The translations under genes and the position numbers were made by a program. Positions 18,769-26,464 of a stretch of DNA of 64,000 nt are shown in pieces (within the stretch, counting starts at the first letter, position 1; every line of letters starts with the position of its first letter). The DNA comes from an uncultured Erythrobacter sp. (lineage in GTDB: Bacteria; Pseudomonadota; Alphaproteobacteria; Sphingomonadales; Sphingomonadaceae). The stretch is from NCBI GenBank assembly GCA_963529855.1, contig CAURZK010000005.1, positions 28,759 through 92,758 on the forward strand. The letters are read 5' to 3'. Below the pieces are notes generated by a model, which saw only the letters and a program-made list of their open reading frames with translations, did no database searches and was not told the origin of the DNA.

Positions 18769-19662
18769 TCATGGCCAGTTCTCCACAGGCTTGAGGCCGA
18801 CGCGGCGCATGGCGGCGTCAAACGGATCTTGCGCGACGGGCGTGAAATTCAGCCGGTCGCGGCCCAGCGCATGTTCGAGCGTGAGGACGTAACCGGGGAG
18901 CGGTTGGCGCGCGACGATGGCGCGCAGCTCGAACGCGAAGCGCCGGAGCGGCGAGAGCACGCCGGATTTCAGGTAGAGGTGCGGAACATCGAAGCTCCAG
19001 CCGCTCTGCTGGCGGCCGCCATGCTTGCGCACGATGCGGTAGAGCCAGCGTTCGAGCCCGCCGGTCAGGTCGAAATAGGCGCGGTCGATGGTCAGCACGA
19101 GTGCGCGGTCGAGCACGCCGGCATAGAACCAGTCGGGCAGGATCAGCTCGATGCCGAGCGCACGGCCGTTGCCGTCCGCAAGCTCGCGCCATTCGTTGAT
19201 CCATGAGAAGCGATGGCGGCGGCGCTGATGTTCCTGCCGGATCGAAGTGGCGACGGTGGTGGATTGCAAGCGGTCGAGCGCGGACTTCAGCCGCTCATAG
19301 CTCGCCTTGCCGGTGCCGCGCCGGGTGAACGCCAGTATCTCGTGTGGCGTCGTCACCATGAGGCGCGAGGTCGGCCGTCCGGCGTCGCGCGCCTCGATGA
19401 GCTGGCTCGCCGCCCATATCAGCACGTCGGCGTCCCAAATAGTCGCCATGCCATGCTCGGGCACGGCCTCGACCGAGATCCATGTCGCGCCCATGCGGAA
19501 GTCGATCGGCGCGGTGCGGCGGGCCTTGGCGAGCGAGAAGAACGGCCAGGCCATCAAGTCCTGCGCGTCGCGGGCCGCGAGGTCGCCGGGGACCGAGCGG
19601 AACAGCTCAAGCTGCGTGCGCTCGGCGCTCGACCGGCCGGAAAGGGAGCGTGCGGTGGGCAT
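18769..19662 (-). CDS. Replication initiator protein A family (RepA-like)
   Basis: DLMAWPFFSLAKARRTAPIDF, WISVEAVPEHGMATIWDADVLIWAASQL; 297 aa. Confidence 0.8.
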   Translation of the reverse strand: MPTARSLSGRSSAERTQLELFRSVPGDLAARDAQDLMAWPFFSLAKARRTAPIDFRMGATWISVEAVPEHGMATIWDADVLIWAASQLIEARDAGRPTSRLMVTTPHEILAFTRRGTGKASYERLKSALDRLQSTTVATSIRQEHQRRRHRFSWINEWRELADGNGRALGIELILPDWFYAGVLDRALVLTIDRAYFDLTGGLERWLYRIVRKHGGRQQSGWSFDVPHLYLKSGVLSPLRRFAFELRAIVARQPLPGYVLTLEHALGRDRLNFTPVAQDPFDAAMRRVGLKPVENWP

Positions 19663-19668
19663 CGGCGC

Positions 19669-19935
19669 TCAGCGGCGCACGCAATCGGTGGGCAGGCGCT
19701 TGGCGGGGTGGACGACGCCGCTGCCCGGATCGGACGTGGAACGGCGGGTGCCGAGCGCGGCCCAGGCGTCGAGGTCGTCGATCGCATAGACGATCCGGCC
19801 GCCGAGCCTGCGGAACACGGGGCCGGTGCCGTAGCAGCGATGCTTTTCCAGCGTGCGGGCCGAGAGGCCGAGATGGATCGCCGCGTCGGGCGTCTTGAGA
19901 TAGCGTGGCGTTGGGGCGGCGACAGGCTCGGCCAT
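19669..19935 (-). CDS. AlpA/MerR-type HTH protein, RdfS-like excisionase candidate
   Basis: YLKTPDAAIHLGLSARTLEKHRCYGTGPVFRRLGGRIVYAIDDLDAWA. Confidence 0.65.
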   Translation of the reverse strand: MAEPVAAPTPRYLKTPDAAIHLGLSARTLEKHRCYGTGPVFRRLGGRIVYAIDDLDAWAALGTRRSTSDPGSGVVHPAKRLPTDCVRR

Positions 19936-20055
19936 GATGATCCTCCTGATGACGGCCGGCCCCGAAAAAGGGGTCCGGCGGACAGGAGGGAATGGTGGCG
20001 AAATGCCCCCTATGTGGAGAAGGGGACGCGGGCGACCGGGTCGCCAATGTCCCCC

Positions 20056-20850
20056 TCAGCCGCCCCGCAGCAACCGGATGTAACCGCCGTCGCGCAGCTC
20101 GACGGCTTCCTTGAGCCAGCGTCTGATGCACTTGCGTTCCGCGCTGTCCGTCCATTCGGTAGGCGTGTAGTGACGGACCTTGGGGTGGATCAGCGAGGCG
20201 GCCAGCTCTCGCTGGCTGGCGCCCGCGCGGCGACCGTCGAGCACTTGCAGCAGGGTGAGGAGATGTTCGCGCCGGAAGGGCGGCGGGCGTAGCGCCGGCG
20301 GGCCGGCCGCCATGCCGCTGAGGCGGCGGCACAGGCGCTCGGCCGATGCGAGGCGCGCGAAGGGGGCGGGTTCGATCGGCACCATCAAGGCCATCGCGTC
20401 GTGACGTGATCCGCACACGCACAGATGCTCATCGCCATCGGGATCGGCGAGGATGACATGCAGGACGTCGCCCATCCTGATCCGGGCGCGAATGTCGCCC
20501 AGCGCCGCCAAGTCGAGCGGGCCGGCGCCGATGCCGGCGACCGCGGGCGCGAGGATGATGCTCGCCGGCGAGAGGTCGGGGCGCGCGACCGCCAGCTTGC
20601 GGTCGAAGGCCGCGCCGGGCGCGGCGTGGTAGCTGATCCCCCAGCAATCCACCAGGGCGGCGGTAGCGTCGTCGGCGGAGATCGCGCCGCGCTTCACACG
20701 GCCGAGCGCGCGGGCATAGTCAGCGCGATAGCGAGCGTTGCGGCTGAGATAGCCGATGGCGATGTCCGTATATTGCAGCGCGTCGTCCCCGGTCTCGTCC
20801 AGGGGCGCGCGCCAGTCCCTCTCAGGCGGCATCGTAACCCTCCCAAGCAT
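20056..20850 (-). CDS. DUF6499/DUF2285-type regulator (FseA-like)
   Basis: N-terminal W..P..D...ALQYTDIAIGYLSRNARYRADY and C-terminal ..IRRWLKEAVELRDGGYIRLLRGG. Encoded as one uninterrupted ORF of 264 aa. Confidence 0.55.
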   Translation of the reverse strand: MLGRVTMPPERDWRAPLDETGDDALQYTDIAIGYLSRNARYRADYARALGRVKRGAISADDATAALVDCWGISYHAAPGAAFDRKLAVARPDLSPASIILAPAVAGIGAGPLDLAALGDIRARIRMGDVLHVILADPDGDEHLCVCGSRHDAMALMVPIEPAPFARLASAERLCRRLSGMAAGPPALRPPPFRREHLLTLLQVLDGRRAGASQRELAASLIHPKVRHYTPTEWTDSAERKCIRRWLKEAVELRDGGYIRLLRGG

Positions 20851-20991
20851 GGCCCTCTGCGGGGCGCGTTGGAAGATGTTCTCACCGCCGCCGTTGCCGA
20901 GAAGCCCTGCCGGGCAGGCGGCCGCATAGCGGATTCAAGTCAGCATTTTGAAGGGATTATACGCACCGCTGCGCGTGTTCCGGGGCCGCTC

Positions 20992-21255
20992 TCAGTTCGG
21001 CGGCGGGCGCAGATAGTGGCGATAGCCGGTCGCGGTCATCCAGCGCGCGCGGGCGAGATGCGAGTCATAGACGGAGCGGGCGCGTTCCGGTTCGGCGGCA
21101 GGGTCGATCCCGAAGATGATGCGAACGGCTTCGCGCCAGTCGGCATTTTCGTCGGCCGCATCGAGCAGTCGCCAATAGGTCCGATGATGATGCTCATCAT
21201 AGTCGGTGACATGGGGCGCGTCCGGGGCGCGATCCTCGAAAGCGGCTATTGCCAT
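20992..21255 (-). CDS. Small DUF2285-like protein (QseM-like anti-activator candidate)
   Basis: 87 aa ending ..SHLARARWMTATGYRHYLRPPPN. Shares the GY(R/I)xxL C-terminal signature with the 264-aa neighbour. Confidence 0.4.
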   Translation of the reverse strand: MAIAAFEDRAPDAPHVTDYDEHHHRTYWRLLDAADENADWREAVRIIFGIDPAAEPERARSVYDSHLARARWMTATGYRHYLRPPPN

Positions 21256-21394
21256 CGCCTCGTTCCGCTTTCAGCCATAGCCCCCTGCGCCTGCTGATTC
21301 ATCGCCTATACACCATAATGGATCGAAGTAATCGCACCGTCTTTGCTATGGCCCTCTGATACTGCGCGAACAGTCGGACCCGCTCCGTTGCCGG

Positions 21395-21646
21395 CTACTT
21401 GCGCTGTTCGGGACTTGAATCGGTCACGAGCAACACGCCTCGGCCTCGATCCGAATCGAGGAAGACAATCCCCGCCGCCTCAAGCGCCTTCATCACCTGA
21501 TGCCGGGTATTGTCGTTCACCGGCTTATAACTCTCCGATTCCAGCCGCTTCAGCGCGGTCAGAGCAATAATGGCCTTCTCGGCGAGCGTCTCCTGTGTCC
21601 AGCCAAGAAGTGCGCGAGCGGCCCGCACCTGGCGGGAAGTGATCAT
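21395..21646 (-). CDS. XRE-family HTH regulator (QseC-like position)
   Basis: ITSRQVRAARALLGWTQETLAEKAIIALTALKRLE. Confidence 0.8.
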   Translation of the reverse strand: MITSRQVRAARALLGWTQETLAEKAIIALTALKRLESESYKPVNDNTRHQVMKALEAAGIVFLDSDRGRGVLLVTDSSPEQRK

Positions 21647-21891
21647 GCAAGATCACCTCCACAACCTTCGGGTCGTTCGCTACGGAAACGACTATTATAG
21701 TCGTCTTGGGGGAATTGGAATATCCTGATCGCGAGCTGGGTGAATACCCGGCGAGCGCGCCCTTTGAGCGGCCGCGCAGACCATCGGGATGCGCGGCCGC
21801 CGCCGATCCGGGGAGCGGGTCGGCGGCGTCGTGTGGGCGATGGGAAGCGAAGCCGCAGAGCCGGGCGGTCCAGCCCTGCGGCTCGAAACGG

Positions 21892-22737
21892 TCAACCCGT
21901 TTTTAGGCGCTGCATCCCTTCGGCTAGCGTCCAGAGCGCGCGATTGAGTGTCACATTCTGGTCGATGCCATTGATGGCGCGAGTCTGGCTGCGGCGGATA
22001 CGGCCCTCAGCGTTACGCTTGCGGCCATGCAACCCGCCCCGAATGACGTTCTCCTGAATCACGTTGAACGTGCTCCACAGGCTGTTGCCTACATCCTCGC
22101 GGCGGCGCGGCTCGATGATCTGCTCGGGGCGAAGCGGGCTTTCATCGTCGCCATAGCGGGCGACAAGGCTTACCTCGCCAAGCAAGCGCTGTTCGTCTCA
22201 CGAAAGCTGCACACCCTTCATGGTCTCGCTGGCGTCGATCAGTCGCGGAAAGTCTTCCGCCACGGTATAAACGCCCTCGATAATGTCGTCCTGAATGTTG
22301 CCCTTGTGCGGCACGCGGACCTCCTCGAACCGCTCGCCCGCAATCATGCTGTTGGTGCAGACGAAGCGCAGCATCCCAGCGAACATCTGATAGGCGCTGG
22401 TCCCGTCATGGCTGTTAACGATGATGACTTCCGCCGCCTCCGGCTTGCCGATACCGTCATCCCGGCGCAAGCGCAGCATATGCTTGGCGTGGCCGTGGCG
22501 GCTGCCGTCGCGCGGGACCGACTGCACGGCGAAGAACGGGAACCATCCTTCGCGGCGCAGCCCCTCCACGATGTCGATGGTGGGGACATAGACATAGCGC
22601 TCGGAACGGCTGTCGTGCGCCTCGCGGGCGAAGATGGATGGCACGTGGCGATACAGCGCCTCGTTGTCGAGCGGTTCACGTCCGCTGATCTGGTGGGCGT
22701 TGCGGCCGAACCGGGTAGCGAGATGATGGATGCTCAT
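21892..22737 (-). pseudogene. DUF932-family gene interrupted by a single in-frame TGA (22198-22200)
   Basis: Track ORFs 22198..22866 (from ATG 22737) and 21892..22185 are in the same frame and read ..VQLS*DEQRLLGEVSLVARYGDD... The combined 281 codons have the expected DUF932 length and the C-terminal pattern LWSTFNVIQENVIRGG..LNRALWTLAE. Confidence 0.65.
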
Positions 22738-23095
22738 GAGTCTGTCCTTCCTTGGGTCTGGGTTTCGCGCAGCGAAGCGCCGCGCTGAAACCCTGCCCGG
22801 CGGCGAGCCAGGGGTAGCAAAGGGCAAGGGCGGCCGGGGCGGAGGGGGATCACCCGGCCTGCACAAGCGAAGCGCGGAAGGCTGGGGATACCGCCCCGGA
22901 CGGTTCCACTTCCCTTGCCCGGCGCGAGGGCAACGCCCTTAGCAACCGCGCGGCGCCAGCCGCGCTGCGACCAGCGCGACGATCAAGGATGCTTGATCGG
23001 CCCATCTGGATTAGAGATACCTGCGAGCAACTCGCAAATAGTGCCCCGCCCATAATCGGGCGCGGATCAAGAACCGAAGACCTGGAAGGACAATA

Positions 23096-23371
23096 ATGAA
23101 CAACAGCGACCTGGCCGAACAACTGGCTGCCGCCCACGGCGTCACCAAGACCGATGCGAAGAAGCTCGTCGATGCGGTGTTCGCCGCGATCGGTGACGCA
23201 GCCGCCAAGGGCGAGGAAGTCTCACTCAACGGCTTCGGCAAGTTCAAGGTGAAGGCCAGCCCAGCGCGCGACGGCCGCAATCCATCGACCGGCGAGACGA
23301 TCAAGATCAAGGCGTCGAAGAAGCTGGTGTTCACGCCCGCCAAAGCGGTCAAGGACAAGCTCAACGGCTGA
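23096..23371 (+). CDS. hup: HU-family DNA-binding protein
   Basis: 91 aa, LNGFGKFKVKASPARDGRNPSTGETIKIKASKKLVFTPAKAVKD. RBS GGAAGGA. Confidence 0.95.
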   Translation: MNNSDLAEQLAAAHGVTKTDAKKLVDAVFAAIGDAAAKGEEVSLNGFGKFKVKASPARDGRNPSTGETIKIKASKKLVFTPAKAVKDKLNG

Positions 23372-23428
23372 GTTTATGGGGGATGGCGCTTCGCCCGGCT
23401 CGCCGGGTGGAGCTCCAGTTCGCGGCGC

Positions 23429-24439
23429 TCAATAGAGATTGTCGCGATAGTCCTTGTCCAAGCCCTTCTTGAGCAGGCCGGTCACGCCGGGGACGGAAAG
23501 AGTCGCGCGCGCCAGACTGGCGCCGATGCCACCCGCCTTGTTGAGCTTGATATGCTCGACAAACAGCTCGGCGGGGTCGATGTCGGTTTCCGTGTGAACC
23601 GGCCAGAGGCCCGCGCGGGCCAGCGCCGGGCTTTCGCGCAGGTCGAGCGTCTCGATCTCCACGCCGATCGCCAGCAGCGGAGTCTTGTCCTTGACGGTGA
23701 AGCGCTCGCGCGCCGTCGCGTCAGTAGTAAGACGGGCTTGCCCCCGCACGACGGCGATCCGGTTCGCGCCGGGGATCAGCAGCGCCAGCGCGATATTCGG
23801 CTGCTCGACGACGTTGCGGAAGCTATCCACGCGGCGGTTGCCGGGCCGGTCGGCGAACCACAGCACGTCCCCATCGAGCTGCGCCATGCAACCGGCCGGA
23901 TCGCCCTTTGGGCTGAGATCGGCGCGGCCTTCCGCGCCGATCGTCGCCAGCGCCAGGAAACGGCTTGCGGCAACGAAGGCGGCAGAATCGTCAGGAGCGT
24001 GGGCCGGCTGCGCCGCCCATAGTTCGGACCGGATCAGCGCCTTGGCGCAATGACCGTAGCATTCGTCCACGGCGACACGGACATGATCGGCGTCGATGCC
24101 GGCGACCCGGCCGTTGACGCGCAGCGTCTCGCCGATGCCGGAGAGGAGGAACAGCGCGCCGAACGCCGCGCCCGGCTGCGCGAGAGCGGGATCGTCGAGC
24201 AGCGCCAGCGGAACGCGCAATTCCTGGGCATCGCCGCTGGCGAAGCCCGGCGCGCTGCCGGCCAGTGTGATGCCGACGCCCGATCCATCGCCGAAGCCGG
24301 CGAACATCAATTGCGATGCGGAGATCCAGCGCAGCGCGCCGACATCGAGATGGTCGATCACCTTGAGGTGCATCGGCGGCGGAGTCCTGCCGATCACGCT
24401 TTCCAGCTCGGCGACGGTGGTGATCGCCGCGCCGCTCAT
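23429..24439 (-). CDS. Pyridoxamine 5'-phosphate oxidase-like (split-barrel, apparently tandem) family protein
   Basis: 336 aa, FLALATIGAEGRADLSPKGDPAG..LWFADRPGNRRVDSFRNV..PNIALALLIPG, with C-terminal KDYRDNLY. Confidence 0.6.
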   Translation of the reverse strand: MSGAAITTVAELESVIGRTPPPMHLKVIDHLDVGALRWISASQLMFAGFGDGSGVGITLAGSAPGFASGDAQELRVPLALLDDPALAQPGAAFGALFLLSGIGETLRVNGRVAGIDADHVRVAVDECYGHCAKALIRSELWAAQPAHAPDDSAAFVAASRFLALATIGAEGRADLSPKGDPAGCMAQLDGDVLWFADRPGNRRVDSFRNVVEQPNIALALLIPGANRIAVVRGQARLTTDATARERFTVKDKTPLLAIGVEIETLDLRESPALARAGLWPVHTETDIDPAELFVEHIKLNKAGGIGASLARATLSVPGVTGLLKKGLDKDYRDNLY

Positions 24440-24831
24440 TGCAGTGTCCGCACGGGCTGGCCGAGCGTGAGCGCCAGCATGATCCGTGTCGAGCAGAGCG
24501 CGCAGTCGAGCGCGTTCGCCGCGTTCTGAGGGCAGTCGAGGCAGCGCGGGCTGGATCCATCGACCAGGCCGAGCAGCAGATGCTCGTCGTCGGACAGGCC
24601 CGGTCCTTCGCCGACGATCATCGGCCGGCCGAGCGCCGTTTCATAGAAGAGGCATAGGCTGTCGAGCACCGGCGCGAGCATGGTGCAGTCATGGGCGTCG
24701 AGCGTGTGCGCCAAGCGGGGCTGCACCGACGCTCCACTGTCCCGCGCATTCCGCCAGCACCGCGCCGCATCAACCAGCATCGCCGGAACGGCGATCGCAT
24801 CCTGTGTGGGCGGCGAAAAATGGCGGGTCAC
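24436..24831 (-). CDS. Hypothetical Cys-containing protein, translationally coupled to the PNPOx-like gene
   Basis: 131 aa, GTG start preceded by GGAAGGA. Stop overlaps the downstream ATG (ATGA). Contains PRCLDCPQNAANALDCALC. Confidence 0.4.
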   Translation of the reverse strand: MTRHFSPPTQDAIAVPAMLVDAARCWRNARDSGASVQPRLAHTLDAHDCTMLAPVLDSLCLFYETALGRPMIVGEGPGLSDDEHLLLGLVDGSSPRCLDCPQNAANALDCALCSTRIMLALTLGQPVRTLQ

Positions 24832-24936
24832 GTGTCGATCCTTCCTAGACTTGGCCCCTTTCGCTTTTGCGAATGATTCTTAACTAGCCTGACGCCGTGT
24901 CATCGGCAAGTGCGAATGACCGTCTGATCGAGGAAG

Positions 24937-24960
24937 GCGCCCCGCCGAAAGGCGGGGCGC
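24937..24960 (-). terminator. GC-rich hairpin after the DUF736 gene
   Basis: GCGCCCCGCC-GAAA-GGCGGGGCGC, a 10-bp stem 10 nt downstream of the stop at 24970. The U-tract is weak. Confidence 0.4.
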
Positions 24961-24969
24961 GTCGTCCGG

Positions 24970-25269
24970 TCAGCGCGACCAGATGAGGGCGTATTGGCCG
25001 GCGGTGTCGGTTTCGGACAGCGTGGCGTAGACGGGAGCCGGGAAGCTCGGATCGTCCAGCTTGACCGAGGTGTATTCGCGGCCTTCGCGGCTGGTCTTCT
25101 TCCAGGCAGCGCCGATATCCATGTCGGCGGTGCTGACGCGGAAGTCGGGGGACTTTTCGCCGTCCTTCTCGACCGGACGGAAGATGACCTTGGTGTTGAG
25201 AGTGAGCGTCTTGATGACGCCGGTGAACTCGCCCTTGCTGTTGGCGGTGAAGGTGCCGATCGTAGCCAT
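24970..25269 (-). CDS. DUF736 protein (paralog 2)
   Basis: 99 aa, MATIGTFTANSKGEFTGVIKTLTLNTKVIFRPV..PDFRV..IGAAWKKTSREGREYTSVKLDDPSF..YALIWSR. RBS GGAGA. Start moved to ATG 25269. Confidence 0.8.
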   Translation of the reverse strand: MATIGTFTANSKGEFTGVIKTLTLNTKVIFRPVEKDGEKSPDFRVSTADMDIGAAWKKTSREGREYTSVKLDDPSFPAPVYATLSETDTAGQYALIWSR

Positions 25270-25658
25270 GTCGTAATCTCCGTTCTTTCGGGCCACGCCC
25301 TTCGCGGCCTCGATGGTGATCGGCAGGCCGGGGGCGATTGGCCGCGCACCGCAAAGCGGCCGCAGCGTGAGCGGAGGATGGCGGCGGCCCGTTATTTTGG
25401 TTCGCGATGCAAAGCGCGGCACGCGCGGCGGAAAATAGCGGGCCATAGCCGTTGCGAAGACAATCGAGGCGAAGCCGTCGCTCGGTCAGATCACGCCATT
25501 GAGAGGCCGCCGGGGCGCTCGGCTCCGAGGGATGAGATTTCCGCTATGCCTGCCGTTTGTGTCGGCAACCCCGCCAGCAGCCTTGCGCGATGTTCATTCT
25601 ACGTTCCAAGGTGCGGCTGCTTCAGCCACATGGGGACGTGAGGATTCGGGGGAAGGAC

Positions 25659-26459
25659 GTGACGAAATTGTTTTCGCAGGATCAGCTCGAAGCCATAGCC
25701 GGTGCGCTTGGCGATACGGAAACCGGGCTGAAAGGAACCGAGATCGCGATGCTGATCGCGACCTGTCAAATGGCCGATCCCGGCGAGATGACCAAGCGGC
25801 ACCGCATCTACAACGCCTTCGCCGAAAGCCAGAACGCGCGGCAGGACCGCACCCGCATCCTCGGCTTCATCCGCCATGCGATGCGTCCTGCGCGATACAG
25901 CCGCGAGCCGCATCGCTACGAGCCGATGCGTGCCAGTCTCAACCAGGCACTCGCCTTCGCCGGCCTTGTGGTCAGCGAGGCCGGGAAGATCGAAGCGGTC
26001 GAACAGGCGACGACGCTGCCGGAAGCGCAGCGCCGGGCGAAGGAACTGCGCACCGATCTGGAGACGCGCGGCGTCCATGCCGACGTGCTGCGCTTCTGCC
26101 GGGCCGAACTGCTGGCCGACGACTATTTCCATGCGGTCCAGGAAGCGGTGAAAAGCATCGCCGACAAGATGCGCGTGCGGACTGGCCTCACCGATGACGG
26201 GGGGACGCTGGTAGACCGCGTGCTCGGCGGCGAGCCGCCGATGCTGGCGATCAATCCGCGAAGCACGGTCAGCGAGCGCAGCGAGCAGAGCGGCTTCGCC
26301 AATCTCGTCAAAGGCGTCTTCGGCATGTTCCGCAACCCAACTGCCCACGAGGCGCGCATCCACTGGCCGATGACCAAGACCGACGCCGAGGATCTGCTGA
26401 CGCTCGTATCGCTGATCCATCGCAGGCTCGATACCTCTATGATGCCACCGCGTACCTGA
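25659..26459 (+). CDS. TIGR02391 / Hypoth_ymh-family protein
   Basis: C-terminal FANLVKGVFGMFRNPTAHEARIHWPMTKTDAEDLLTLVSLIHRRLD (the RNPxxH motif recalled for this family). GTG 25659 is preceded by GGGGGAAGGA. Confidence 0.65.
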   Translation: MTKLFSQDQLEAIAGALGDTETGLKGTEIAMLIATCQMADPGEMTKRHRIYNAFAESQNARQDRTRILGFIRHAMRPARYSREPHRYEPMRASLNQALAFAGLVVSEAGKIEAVEQATTLPEAQRRAKELRTDLETRGVHADVLRFCRAELLADDYFHAVQEAVKSIADKMRVRTGLTDDGGTLVDRVLGGEPPMLAINPRSTVSERSEQSGFANLVKGVFGMFRNPTAHEARIHWPMTKTDAEDLLTLVSLIHRRLDTSMMPPRT

Positions 26460-26464
26460 TCCCT

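Noticed and set aside
18494-18772. 92-aa minus-strand ORF in the repA-DUF2840 gap
   Set aside because: The sequence is dominated by the three 18-bp direct repeats and Arg/Ser/Gly-rich translation, with no RBS. It is treated as non-coding iteron DNA.
22198-22200. In-frame TGA of the DUF932 gene as selenocysteine or programmed recoding
   Set aside because: I see no SECIS-like hairpin immediately downstream and know of no precedent in this family. A nonsense mutation or sequencing error is more parsimonious.
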